Part shown: positions 29,001-39,142 of the stretch, one piece after another
Layout of the letters: every line of letters begins with the position of its first letter
Position numbering within the stretch: the stretch's first letter is position 1
NCBI GenBank assembly: GCA_965223905.1
Contig: CBDCXV010000011.1
Coordinates: forward strand, 1,312,001 to 1,376,000
Direction: 5' to 3'
DNA length: 64,000 nucleotides
Source of the DNA: Candidatus Latescibacterota bacterium
GTDB lineage: Bacteria > Latescibacterota > UBA2968 > UBA8231
Notes under the pieces: model-generated
Databases searched by the model: none
The model's input: only the letters and a program-made list of their open reading frames with translations
What the model was told of the DNA's origin: nothing
Position numbers and translations under genes: made by a program

Positions 29001-29417
29001 GGCGGCACGGACGCAAAGTTTGACCTCGACGGCAGCGGCACGGTGGATTTCGTCGACTTCTTCCAGTTCGTCGATTCCTTCAGTTCGTCGGGGCAGGCCA
29101 AGCTGCTGGCGATGGCCCAGCAAATGCTCGGATTGCCTGCGGGCCCGGAACTTCACCAGAACGCCCCCAATCCCTTCAACAACGAGACCGTCATCTCCTG
29201 GTTCCTGCTGAAGCCGGGTCCGGCGCGGGTGGAGGTGTTTGCCCTTACCGGACAGCGGCTGGCGGTCCTGCACCAAGGGCGGCAGCAGGCGGGACGTCAC
29301 CGCGTTCACTGGGACGGCCGCGACGACGAGGGCCGCCCCTTGGCCAGCGGCGTCTACCTGTACCGCCTGGTGACTGGCGAGGGTATGTTGACTCGCAAGC
29401 TCACCCTGCTGCGGTGA
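26019..29417 (+). CDS. Secreted metzincin + WD40 + RLK-type LRR + dockerin-like/FlgD-like tail
   Basis: RBS AGGAGG; HELGHAFGLQH/IMSY; WD40; DSVALVALYNST...GNQLTGTIPAELG; shared tail. Confidence 0.88.
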   Translation: MKIPVLACIVFFAVLLLPASGNASPSPIDWARSCRPLDAEKLERDHTGSPAAKSLTDSDAGQTRTVKLIYFLPNDRSFNSDVVDSIKARIPRIQTLYRDQMQARGYGNKTFQYETDDQGDPVVHRVDGPDSDASYLRSYRRVGVGNVLNDLKPTFDSSSSILFIVVDHSTYDNLGWGNVAGFGGQWGKDSGYALLPPSFTVETAAHELGHAFGLQHDFNNGANIMSYGPGWNQLSACSAGFLAVHPYFDADVPIEEQQTWDLLAPTIELVSPLRYPAGSTSLSLQFRVTASGDRGLQQALFFLRSRAPHPAAGSHEVKGCHDLQGVRDTVVVFQHDGVIPSEGSGSLSESPTHFVSVQGVDTEGNANSGPYRDSHFVLAEDSPHHLATLFRYTRDTSPEIYGAEFSPDGTILAVNSSAGIQIWNMATRAVVATLSGRSSALAFSPDGATLASGSSWTNEANLKLWNVASQTLVATLPGHTGGPTGVTSLAFSPGGDTLASGSGDQTIKLWDVANQTLIATLTGHTSHVWSVAFSPDGTLASGSRDGTVKLWDVASQTNTATLEGNTGRVLDVAFSPDGTILASSTDGPMLLWNVATRDTIAILQGHGEASFSPDGATLVTGGGLGQILLWNVATAKSIAKLGHPDRLGDTWGFGINGVFSPDGSLLASEGLKGIELWDASEWTGVSPVTSVPAHPDSVALVALYNSTSGANWRDKTNWLGTRPIGEWEGVRTNLGRVYDLEVSWNGLNGPIPSELGNLTFLSSLYLYGNQLSGEIPSEIGDLSNLRYLELNHNQLSGQIPSELGNLSKLETLSLQSNRLSGVVPAELSQLSALKRLWLSSNQLTGTIPAKLGNLTNLEVLGLSGNQLTGTLPSELTSLSELEWLFLSGNQLTGTIPAELGTLTNLTRLYLSGNQLTGTIPAELGNLTNLTHLYLAGNQLSGCLPAGLRDVANNDLAPLGLSDCGEQTTHTQATTDFNGDGQTDFVDFFLFADAYGGTDAKFDLDGSGTVDFVDFFQFVDSFSSSGQAKLLAMAQQMLGLPAGPELHQNAPNPFNNETVISWFLLKPGPARVEVFALTGQRLAVLHQGRQQAGRHRVHWDGRDDEGRPLASGVYLYRLVTGEGMLTRKLTLLR

Positions 29418-29490
29418 TTGGACGGGTGTCTCAGATGCGACCGCTGCCCCCCGACATAGCCCTCAACCGAAAGCACAGGACGATAACCTT

Positions 29491-31934
29491 ATGAAAACCT
29501 CCGTTCTTCACTCCGTGTTTTTGGCGTTGCTCATTCTCCTGCTGTCGCCGCCCGCAGGCGACGCTTTATCCGGGTCACAATTGTCCCGCACTTCCAAACA
29601 GACAGCGCCTGAAAACCATAATGTGATGTTAAGGGTTGTACGCGTAACGCCAGAATGGATGCCCTATGCGTCCACTGGCGGCTGGACCGAGGCCGTTTCT
29701 GTGAAAGAAAGTGATGTTCTCAAATTTTACGAAGCCGCTATCTGGGAGGAGACCTCATCGGTCCACCTTTATGCATTCTCCAATAGTTACGATGCGGGAT
29801 ATGGAAACCAGCCAGGCGTCACCGTCACCGACGAGCAGAAGATCGCCCACCGGGAGCAATTCCTTATTCGCAAGTATACGGATATGCCGGCGGCGTGGAC
29901 TGAAGAAAGAAGTGTCTTTCTGAAGTCGGCATTTGTGGATATGGCATCATATCTGGTAAATCAACACCCTGATTCCGATCATCATCTGATGTACTCCGGA
30001 CACGGAGGCCCTGGCGGAAAGCTGTTTGCCGCGCAGTTATATGAGAATCACGCTAACGAGTTCCTGAAGTCGTGGACGCAGACACTGGGGAGACCATTGG
30101 GCGTGATTGACATGGGAGGACCCTGCACCAAGGGCAGTTTTTCAGACCTCGATAATTTCTCTGATTATGCGACATATTATGTCGCGTCAGACCTGCCCAA
30201 CGGCGGATATACAATGGACCATTGGACTTATGAGAAACACCAAGAAACCGATCCCGAGACACAATATCACAATCTGGTTTCAACCAACGAAAGTCTGGAG
30301 GATGTATTAAAGGGTCGTATCGACCTGAAAAGAAAGGGATATGAATACTCACGAAACAACATGATAACGAATGAAGTCGCTCAAGCGAATTATCTCTATT
30401 CGTGCGCCGCGTTTCGCACCTTCAGCCCCGACTTCAAGACATTTCTCGGCAGCGCACATACCAGTTATAGTATTTATGATGCCTGTACCAGTATATGATC
30501 GATAATGGGGCTCCATCGACTCTGATTGCGCAGTTCACCAGCGTAATCGTGCATAAAGCGGACAACAAGGATTTTTTCGCGTGGAGCGAAGTCAGGAATG
30601 GAATTTCAATGCCCCATCCGGAAGTTACCCCTCCAGTCTCCACGGTGACGCCGCTCAGCGAGCGCACGCCACAGGTGCGGGATGCGATCGTGACCGAAGC
30701 GAGGCTCGCATCGTTCTACTCTCTCGCGCTGGACAGTTGGAACATCACCTCGCTGAAAGCAGGCGATTTTGATGGACTGACGTCATTGACAACGCTCAGC
30801 CTGTCCAACAACCAGTTGGGCACGCTACCGGCGGGTATTTTTAACGGGCTGACGTCACTGACATCGCTGGACCTGTCCAGCAACCAGTTGAGCGCGCTGC
30901 CAGCAGATATATTTGACGGGCTAACGTCACTGGCAACACTCAACCTTTGGAGCAACCCCCTGAACACGTTACCGGAGGGTCTATTCGAAGGACTGACGTC
31001 ATTGACAACGCTCAACCTGGGTTACAACCATTTAAACAACCTGCCGGCGGGAATTTTCGTCGGACTTGCGGAACTGCAATCTCTCCACCTGTACGGAAAC
31101 GCGACTGACCCGTTGCCGCTTCCCGTTTCAATCGAAAAGATTGCGGACGGTCAGTTCAAGGCAGTAGCGCCTACAGGAGCCCCCTTCAATATTGTGCTCC
31201 CGCTCATCGTTACGAATGGAACAATCGGTGGCGGTGCGGCGGGCAGCGTCACGATTTCCACCGGCACCGCGGAAAGCCCGCCCTTCACGGTGGCGCGCAC
31301 CCCCGGCACGACGGCCGCTGTCACGGTTAATATCGGCACCCTGCCCGGACTGCCCACCGAGGTGAATCGATTTAACATTCCACTGCATCAGGGCTACACG
31401 CTCGTCAAATCCGGAGATTTGCCACTGGCAATCATCGCCGCCGCGGCGGCGGCAACGGATTTCAATGGTGACGGCAGGACCGATTTCGTGGACTTCTTCC
31501 TCTTTGCCGATGCCTACGGCGGCACGGACGCAAAGTTTGACCTCGACGGAAGTGGCACGGTCGATTTCGTCGACTTCTTCCAGTTCGTCGATGCCTTCGA
31601 TTCGTCAGCGCAGGCCAAGCTGCTGGCGCTGGCCCAGGAGATGTTCGGTCTGCCCACGGGCCTGGAACTTCAGCAAAACGCCCCCAATCCCTTCAACAGC
31701 GAGACCGTCATATCCTGGTTCCTGCTGGAGCCGGGCCCGGCGCGGGTGGAGGTGTTCGCCCTGACCGGGCAGCGGCAGGCGGTCCTGCACAGGGGGCCGC
31801 AACAAGCCGGCCGCCACCGCCTTCACTGGGACGGCCGCGGCCACGAGGGTCGCCCCCTGGCCAGCGGTGTATACCTCTACCGGCTGGTGACGGCAGATGC
31901 GGTGATGACACGTAAACTCACCTTGTTACGATAA
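29491..31934 (+). pseudogene. Clostripain/C11-like (caspase-fold) peptidase + LRR + Ig-like + shared tail, split by a 1-bp frameshift at ~30481
   Basis: ORF1 has a signal peptide, MYSGHGG, VIDMGGPC, YYVASD. ORF2 (30495) has no signal peptide. Restoring one base at gat g-c ctg tac cag tat atg gives a continuous ...YD.LYQYMIDNG. Confidence 0.72.
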
Positions 31935-32024
31935 GCCTCTACCATGCGGACAAAGTTTAAAGCGAGCCCCAAAATGCTATGTCTCCAGTCCTTCCGAAGA
32001 GGGGTTGGATCCACCTAACGTAAC

Positions 32025-32049
32025 TGTCCAAATTCCGGGGTACACCTCA
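32025..32049 (-). mobile_element. Solo IS3-family-like terminal inverted repeat
   Basis: Minus strand reads TGAGGTGTACCCCGGAATTTGGACA, fitting the TG-N-CCCC-N-TGGACA style of IS3-family ends. No transposase adjacent. Confidence 0.5.
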
Positions 32050-32192
32050 ATCAAACACCCAGTTCCAGGGCCCCACAAAGAAAAAAGATAGAGGCCTGGA
32101 CAAACGGACAGAGGTTGTCCTCTTGGCGGTTATCTTGATGGATGGAGGTACAGCCATCCGCATGGGCAGTGATGCCAGAGGAGTGGAGGGGA

Positions 32193-32848
32193 ATGAAAGC
32201 AGCCATCATCTGCACCATCGGGTTGATTGGGCCATGGGGCCATGCAGGAGCCGAGCCCCTGATCGAGGGCCGGGTGCGGGCGGCTTCCGGCGCCCCGGCA
32301 GCCGAGGCGCAAGTGCAGGTGTTCGATCTGAACGGTCTGCGCTTGGAGCCGCTGGGGCCAACGAGTACGAAGCCGAGTCCTTGCCCTTGGCGGTGGGCCA
32401 CTTCTGGACGGACTCCTCTGTTGCGGAGGCAGAGATGCGGATTCCAATGAAGCTGCTTTCTGGTACCGTGGGAGGCTTCGCGGGGGGTCTCGGCGGGGCT
32501 GGCCTTTGGCTCGTCCTGGGCAACGAGGAAAGGTCATGCAACAGTTACTGCGATGACCTTGTTGCCCTCCTCCTCGGGAGCTGGGCGGTCGGGGTGAGCG
32601 GGCCGGATCCACACGACAGGTTCCTTCCAACCTTGGGAGGCAGCGCGGCGGCATCGTTCGGCAGCTTCTTCCTGGCGGAGGCAGGGCGCGGGCGCGGGGC
32701 GACTCTCTTGTGGTGGCCCGGTTCAATCATCATGGCAACGATTGTGTCGGAGTGGTTCCGCGACCCCCCCGAGGACCGCCGCCTCTCCTTCGGTCTTTCG
32801 CCAACGCCCTGGAGGGGATGGCAGGCGGCGACCGTGCTGCGATTCTGA
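32193..32848 (+). pseudogene. Chimeric remnant: copy of the 5' end of gene 32856 joined out of frame to a membrane-protein C-terminus
   Basis: ~90 bp near-identical to 32852-32943 (M(K/R)AAIICTIGLIGPWGHAGAEPLIEGRVR), degrading by ~32340. Another frame then gives hydrophobic GVSGPDPHDRF...QAATVLRF. Confidence 0.6.
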
Positions 32849-32855
32849 ACAGGGA

Positions 32856-35800
32856 ATGAGAGCAGCCATCATCTGCACCATCGGGTTGATTGGGCCATGG
32901 GGCCATGCAGGGGCCGAGCCCCTGATCGAGGGCCGGGTGCGGCTGCCCTCGGGGGCCCCCGCGGCCGGGGCGCAGGTGCGGCTGTTCGACCTGGCCGATC
33001 TGCGCGCAGCTCCGATCGGGGCGACTACGGATCAGTCGGGCCACTTCACCCTGCCCCTGGGGGCTTTGCCGGGCACCGCCCTGCCGGAGCGCTTCGAGCT
33101 GGGGTCGAACTATCCCAACCCGTTCAACCCTTCCACCCTCATTCCGTACCAGTTGCCGTCATCGATGCACGTGCGTCTGGAGGTGTTCAACCTCCTGGGA
33201 CAGCGCATTGCCACGCTGGTCGACGGGGAGCAGCCGGCCGGTTTCAACACGGCGGAGTGGGACGCCACGGATGCGGCGGGTCAGGCGGTGGGGGCGGGGG
33301 TGTATCTGTATCGCCTGAGCGGGGACGCGGGGAAGATCACGCGGCGTATGCTGCTGGTCGATGGGCAGGCGGGGTCCGTTTGGGCAGGCTCGGCGGCCGC
33401 CGCGAGGGACGAGGCCGGACCCGCCTGGGAGACAGCCCTCGCCTACGGTTTGACCGTCTCGGGTCCGGGACTGGTTCCCTACGTGGACCCGGCCTTCCGG
33501 GTGACGGCGGGCATGTCGCCGCTGGATGTCGTGGTGGAGACGCCGTCCAGTGCCCCTCGCGCGAAAGTGGCTTCCGGCGGGATCCTGGGCGACGTGGACA
33601 ACACCGGCCGGGTGGATTTCCTCGACGCCCTGCTGGTGGCCCTGTACAGCCGGGACTCCAGCATCGTCATGCCCAACAGCGGCGACATCTCCCTGGGGGA
33701 CGTCGACGCCGACGGCCGGGTCGACCTGTCCGATGTCTGGGCTATTGCGGCGTACCTCAACGATCCCACCGATCCGACGCTTCCGGCAGGGATCGGCGAA
33801 TCGGTGGGTCCGGCCGCATCGCTGTCCCCGGACCCTGCGACAGTGACGTGGGCCGACGACGGGGCCTGGCACCCGTTTTCGGTGGAGGCTGGGGAGCCGG
33901 TCTCGGTGGTTGTCAACCCGGCGGGGACCACCCCAAGGCTGGAGATTACCACCCGCGGCGGCCAGGGCAACCACTGCCCCGCCGAAGCCGACGACGACGC
34001 TTCCCGCGAGGCCGGCCAAACGATCTACCTGTCCGGGTGTGCCGCGGGCAAGGCCACGGTGGAGCTGCGGCGGGAGGCGGACGGCACCGTCCTGCGGAGC
34101 TACACCTTCGAGGTGACCGGCACCGCCCCCGACCTCGTGGTCCGCCAGCCCAGTTTCGGAGGCAGTGTCCCGAGGGCAGAGTCCTTCCTGAGCGCCACCG
34201 TGCACAATCAGGGCACCGCCCCTTCACCCAGTACCACCTTGCGCTTCTATCAGTCCACCGATACAACCTTCACCACGGCGGATACTGAAGTCGGCACTGC
34301 CCCGGTAGTGCCACTCGGGGCACCGGGAGGCACAGTAGCCAATATCAGGCCGACGGCTCCCTCTGCGGCGGGCACGTACTACTATGGGGCCTGCGTGGAC
34401 GCAGTGTCCGGGGAGTCGGATACGACCAACAACTGCTCCACTGCTTTGACAGTGATAATCGGCCCCGACCTGGTTGTGGACACGCCCACGGTCAGTAACA
34501 GCAGCCCGACCGCTGGAGCATCGTTCACTCTGAGTACCGCGGTGCGCAACCGGGGCAACATGTCATCCGTATCCACCACCCTTCGCTACATCCGCTCCGC
34601 CGACTCCACGATCACTACCTCTGATACGGAGGTAGGTACGGATCAGGTGTCCAATCTCGGTGTAACCGGGGGCGTCCCAGTTCAGTCGGTCGTTCTCACA
34701 GCCCCTTCAGACCCCGGCACCTACTACTACGGGGCGTGCGTGGACTCAGTGACAGGTGAATTCGATACTCCGAACAACTGCTCGGGTGCGGTGACTGTAA
34801 CGGTTGGCGAGGCGCCCGACCTCGTCGTGGACACTCCCACCGTCAGCGAGAGTGCCCCGGTAGCAAGAACCTCCTTCACCATAAGCGTCACCGTGCGCAA
34901 CGAGGGCAGCAGCCCTGCGGGCTCAACGACGCTACGCTACTATGGTTCCATCGACACGGACCTCTACCCGGAATTCCCCGCAACAACCTTCAATGAGTTG
35001 CCGTTTCACACGGACTCGGTAAGCGGTCTTGCCCCGTCGGGGAGCAGCACTCATTCCACCTCACGGAGGGCGTGGGATAGAAAAACAACGCGATATTACA
35101 AGGCCTGCGTGGACGCGGTGCCGGGGGAAAACGACGTCGCGAACAACTGCTCGGCAGCGGTGACCGTAGCCGTAGCCGGCACGCACGACCTGGTGGTAGA
35201 TACTCCCACAGTGGACACCAGCGCTCTGGCGGCGGGAGCGCAGTTCACGCTGAGCGCCACAGTACGCAACCAGGGCAGAGGTCGTTCGAGTTATTTTACT
35301 ACCCTGCGCTACTACCGTTCCACCGACTCGACTATCACAACCGGGGATACGGAATTGGATACGCGCGTCGTAAACCGGCTTGATCCATCGGAGAGCGAAG
35401 AGGAATCGATCAGCCTGACCGCGCCGTCCAGTTCCGGCACGTACTACTATGGGGCGTGCGTCGACCCGCTTGGGGATGAGGACGACATGTCGAACAACTG
35501 CTCCGCGGCGCTGAAGATCACCCTCGTCCCGGCAGATCTCGTAGTAGAAGCGCTAACGACCACCTACAGCAATTCGAACGTCTATTCCTCCTTTCCGGTG
35601 GACGTCTCGGTGCGCAATCTGGGAAATCTTGCATCGGGGCCCACCACGCTAAACTACTACCGCTCGACCGACTCGACTATCACAACCAGCGACGAGCAGA
35701 TCCGCTCTGACTCCATTGGCGGTTTGAGTCCCGATGAAACCGTTTCCCTGCACAGCAGTCTACGAGCCCCGTCAGAGCCCGGCACCTACTACTATGGAGC

Positions 35801-37154
35801 GTGTGTGGTCTCTGTGCCGGATGAGTCCGATACCGCAAACAACTGCTCGCCCGCTTTGAAGGTAGTAGGAGGCCAGCTCGATCTGGTGGTTGAAACTCCT
35901 TGGATCAGTCACAGGAATGCCACCGGGGGTTCGTACATAGATATACATGCCGTTGTGCGCAATGAAGGCACAGGCCACTTACCAGACTTTACCGACTTTA
36001 AAGTGTACAGCTCTACGGACTCTACGACAACCACTGTCGGCGACGACAGCTATGAGGCCGGCTATATATGGCGGCCAATGGATATGTTTGCAAGTAGCGA
36101 AGGATTGACCGCGTCTCTCTGGGCGCCGGACACAGCCGGAGAGTACTACTATTACGCCTGCGTGGGCAGTACGAGAGGAGAATTGAGTGAAGCGAACAAC
36201 TGCTCTGCAACGGTGAAGCTGACAGTGAGGCCCTCCGATCTAACGTTCCTCTTGCCCACAGCCTCCCCCAACATCCTGACCGCTGGAGCGAGTTTCACAC
36301 TTCGTGCCACGGTGCTCAACGGAGGCGACGTACGTTCGGCGGACTCCGCCACCACAATACGCTACTACCGCTCCACCGACGCGACGATTACAAGTACGGA
36401 CAGGTCGGTTGGCACCGACTGGCTAATCGTTCCGAGTGCACACGCAACCGAAGAAAAGTTGATCAGTCTGACCGCGCCGAGGCCAGGGACGTACTACTAT
36501 GGGGCCTGCGTGGACCCGGTTTCAGACGAGTCCGACAGGACCAACAACTGCTCGGAAGCCGTGGAGGTGACCGTAGGCGAGAGGCCCCTGACGCTCAGGC
36601 TCACGAGTTGTTTCGTGCTTGAGAATCAGCACTTTGTCATGTTTGAGGTAAGGGCGAATGTACCCGTGTCAGATGTAGTCGTCCATACGTACCAAATAGA
36701 AGGGAGAAACAACAAGCTACATCTGATGGAAACGACAAATGTTGGGAATCTTTCCGCTGGGGACTCCTACGAGAAGCTGACATCGAGATATTTCCCAGCA
36801 CACCTGAGACCATATCTGACGACCTGCACTGCAACTGTGGAGTGGGCCAACGGAACAGACACGCCGGGCTTTGATCCCACTACAATCATAGTTCCTGACC
36901 TTCCACGACCACCTCCCACATATAGACCTCCCGCATATGATCCCTCGGAGTTTCGAACTCCCACCGAACACCAAGTGTGGCAACTGTTGGTTGACATGCA
37001 AGGGACCGTCTATGGACACCATATATCCTGTGGCTATAGCGGACGGCCCCCCTGCCCTTCGCACGACCACATTGCGTGGTGGTCCGCGTTGCCCTCGAGC
37101 CTTCAGGGATGTGCCTTCCACGGGGGCTGCCACTTTCCTCAAGATTCCAAATAG
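32856..37154 (+). CDS. Secreted protein with N-terminal FlgD-like domain, type-I-dockerin-like pair, ~7 CARDB repeats and His/Cys-rich C-terminus
   Basis: NYPNPFNP...GAGVYLYRL near the N-terminus; GDVDNTGRVDFLDAL and GDVDADGRVDLSDV; GTYYYGACVD...NNCS repeats. Confidence 0.87.
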   Translation: MRAAIICTIGLIGPWGHAGAEPLIEGRVRLPSGAPAAGAQVRLFDLADLRAAPIGATTDQSGHFTLPLGALPGTALPERFELGSNYPNPFNPSTLIPYQLPSSMHVRLEVFNLLGQRIATLVDGEQPAGFNTAEWDATDAAGQAVGAGVYLYRLSGDAGKITRRMLLVDGQAGSVWAGSAAAARDEAGPAWETALAYGLTVSGPGLVPYVDPAFRVTAGMSPLDVVVETPSSAPRAKVASGGILGDVDNTGRVDFLDALLVALYSRDSSIVMPNSGDISLGDVDADGRVDLSDVWAIAAYLNDPTDPTLPAGIGESVGPAASLSPDPATVTWADDGAWHPFSVEAGEPVSVVVNPAGTTPRLEITTRGGQGNHCPAEADDDASREAGQTIYLSGCAAGKATVELRREADGTVLRSYTFEVTGTAPDLVVRQPSFGGSVPRAESFLSATVHNQGTAPSPSTTLRFYQSTDTTFTTADTEVGTAPVVPLGAPGGTVANIRPTAPSAAGTYYYGACVDAVSGESDTTNNCSTALTVIIGPDLVVDTPTVSNSSPTAGASFTLSTAVRNRGNMSSVSTTLRYIRSADSTITTSDTEVGTDQVSNLGVTGGVPVQSVVLTAPSDPGTYYYGACVDSVTGEFDTPNNCSGAVTVTVGEAPDLVVDTPTVSESAPVARTSFTISVTVRNEGSSPAGSTTLRYYGSIDTDLYPEFPATTFNELPFHTDSVSGLAPSGSSTHSTSRRAWDRKTTRYYKACVDAVPGENDVANNCSAAVTVAVAGTHDLVVDTPTVDTSALAAGAQFTLSATVRNQGRGRSSYFTTLRYYRSTDSTITTGDTELDTRVVNRLDPSESEEESISLTAPSSSGTYYYGACVDPLGDEDDMSNNCSAALKITLVPADLVVEALTTTYSNSNVYSSFPVDVSVRNLGNLASGPTTLNYYRSTDSTITTSDEQIRSDSIGGLSPDETVSLHSSLRAPSEPGTYYYGACVVSVPDESDTANNCSPALKVVGGQLDLVVETPWISHRNATGGSYIDIHAVVRNEGTGHLPDFTDFKVYSSTDSTTTTVGDDSYEAGYIWRPMDMFASSEGLTASLWAPDTAGEYYYYACVGSTRGELSEANNCSATVKLTVRPSDLTFLLPTASPNILTAGASFTLRATVLNGGDVRSADSATTIRYYRSTDATITSTDRSVGTDWLIVPSAHATEEKLISLTAPRPGTYYYGACVDPVSDESDRTNNCSEAVEVTVGERPLTLRLTSCFVLENQHFVMFEVRANVPVSDVVVHTYQIEGRNNKLHLMETTNVGNLSAGDSYEKLTSRYFPAHLRPYLTTCTATVEWANGTDTPGFDPTTIIVPDLPRPPPTYRPPAYDPSEFRTPTEHQVWQLLVDMQGTVYGHHISCGYSGRPPCPSHDHIAWWSALPSSLQGCAFHGGCHFPQDSK

Positions 37155-37164
37155 GCACCGTTGC

Positions 37165-37450
37165 GAGCTGATCGGCGACTTCAAGAACCTGGGCCGGCCG
37201 TGGCGTCCGAAGGGCGACCCGGAGCGCGTGAAGGTGCACGACTTCGTCATTCCCACCCAGGGCAAGGCGATTCCCTATGGGGTCTACGACCTGAGCCGCA
37301 ACGAGGGCTGGGTCAGTGTCGGGGTCGACCACGACACGGCTCACTTCGCGGTGAAGGCCATCCGCAGCTGGTGGAAACGCATGGGACGTGGTGCCTATCC
37401 GGCGGCGTCTCACCTGTGCATCACGGCCGATGCCGGGGGCAGCAACGGAG
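37165..37450 (+). mobile_element. Internal fragment of an ISAzo13-family DDE transposase
   Basis: ELIGDFKN.G..WRPKG.PE.V.VHDF....GKAIPYGVYDL..NEGWVSVG.DHDTA.FAV..IR.WW..MG...YP....L.ITADAGGSNG. Confidence 0.85.
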
Positions 37451-37477
37451 GCCGTCCATCACGGGCGCGCTGAGTTC

Positions 37478-39097
37478 ATGATGAAAACGCTATTTGGAAA
37501 TCGGAAACGGTTTGCATCAATCGCAGTTACGCTCTTGATAATTCTTGGCACACAAGTTACGAGTTATGCCGATATTGCCCCTGTGAGCGAGCGCACGCCG
37601 CAGGTGCGTGATGCAATTGTAGCTGCGGTACCAGAGGTAAACAATGCTGGAGATGTGACCGCAGCACACCTCGGTGCAATTGCCGGACTTTCCTTATACA
37701 GGAAGGGTATACACGCCCTGAAAGCAAGTGATTTTGACGGACTCACCGCACTGACAACGTTGTACCTGGGCGATAACCAACTGAGTTCATTGCCGGCGGG
37801 TGTATTTGACGATCTCACCGCCCTGACATGGTTGAGCTTGTCCTACAACCAGTTGAGTTCGTTGCCGGCGGGCCTATTTGGCGATCTCACCGCACTGACA
37901 GGGTTGGGCTTGAGCGGTAACCAGTTGAGTTCGTTGCCGGCGGGTATATTTGACGATCTCACCGCCCTGACAGGGTTGGGCTTGGACGATAACCAGTTGA
38001 GTTCGTTGCCGGCGGGTATATTCGACGATCTCACCGCCCTGACAGGGTTGGGCTTGGGCGGTAACCAGTTGAGTTCGTTGCCGGCGGGCCTATTCGACGA
38101 TCTCACCGCACTGACATGGTTGGGCTTGGGCGGTAACCAGTTGAGTTCGTTGCCAGCGGGCCTATTCGACGATCTCACCGCACTGACATGGTTGAGCTTG
38201 TCCAACAACCAGTTGAGTTCGTTGCCAGCGGGGATTTTCGACGGACTCACGGCACTGACAGGGTTGCGCTTGTCCGGTAACTCAGTGAATCCCCTACTCC
38301 TTACCGTCTCCTTGGAAAGGGTTGGAACGGAGCAATTCAAGGCAGCGGCACCCGTAGGTGCACCGTTTGATATAGTATTGCCGATTAGCGTTTCGAACGG
38401 TAGCATTGCTGGCGGTGCAACATCCGTCACAATACCCGCGGGCAGTGTGGAAAGCGAACTTCTCACCGTGGCCCGAACTTCCGGCACGACACTCGCCGTC
38501 ACCGTGGATATCGGTACTTTGCCGGAGTCGCCCAACAGCCATAGCGGCTACACCCTCGTCAAATCCGCCGACCTTCCTGTAGAGGTCCTCGGTGCCACCG
38601 CTGCGGAGCAAACCACGACGGATTTCAACGGCGACGGCACAACCGATTTCGTCGATTTCTTCCTTTTCGTGGACGCCTACGGCGGCACCGACGCCGTCTT
38701 TGACCTGAACGGCGACGGTACTGTGGATTTCGTCGACTTCTTCGCCTTTGTCGATGGCTTCGGCCCGTCAGCGCAGCCCAAGCTAGTGGCGATGGCCCGG
38801 GAGATGTTCGATCTGCCCTCGGGACCCCAACTGTATCCGAACGCCCCCAACCCCTTCAACAGGGAGACCGTCCTCTCCTGGCTCCTGCTGAGACCCGGGG
38901 CGGTCCGGCTGGAAGTCTTCGCCTTGAACGGGCAACGGCTGGTGACCCTGTGGCAGGGACCGCAGCAGGCCGGCTACCACCTCCTCCACTGGGACGGCCG
39001 AGACGACGGAGGCCGACCCCTTGCCAGCGGCATCTACCTGTACCGCCTGGTGACGGGAGAAGAAGTCTTGACGCGGAAGCTGACCCTTCTGCGATAA
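37478..39097 (+). CDS. Secreted LRR + Ig-like cap protein with dockerin-like/FlgD-like tail
   Basis: Signal peptide; PVSERTPQVRDAIV N-cap; 72-bp near-identical LRRs (NQLSSLPAG.FDDLTALT.L.L); shared tail. Confidence 0.88.
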   Translation: MMKTLFGNRKRFASIAVTLLIILGTQVTSYADIAPVSERTPQVRDAIVAAVPEVNNAGDVTAAHLGAIAGLSLYRKGIHALKASDFDGLTALTTLYLGDNQLSSLPAGVFDDLTALTWLSLSYNQLSSLPAGLFGDLTALTGLGLSGNQLSSLPAGIFDDLTALTGLGLDDNQLSSLPAGIFDDLTALTGLGLGGNQLSSLPAGLFDDLTALTWLGLGGNQLSSLPAGLFDDLTALTWLSLSNNQLSSLPAGIFDGLTALTGLRLSGNSVNPLLLTVSLERVGTEQFKAAAPVGAPFDIVLPISVSNGSIAGGATSVTIPAGSVESELLTVARTSGTTLAVTVDIGTLPESPNSHSGYTLVKSADLPVEVLGATAAEQTTTDFNGDGTTDFVDFFLFVDAYGGTDAVFDLNGDGTVDFVDFFAFVDGFGPSAQPKLVAMAREMFDLPSGPQLYPNAPNPFNRETVLSWLLLRPGAVRLEVFALNGQRLVTLWQGPQQAGYHLLHWDGRDDGGRPLASGIYLYRLVTGEEVLTRKLTLLR

Positions 39098-39142
39098 GGG
39101 ATTCGCCCCCGGATTCGTCCGTCCACAACAAAGGAGGGTCCC

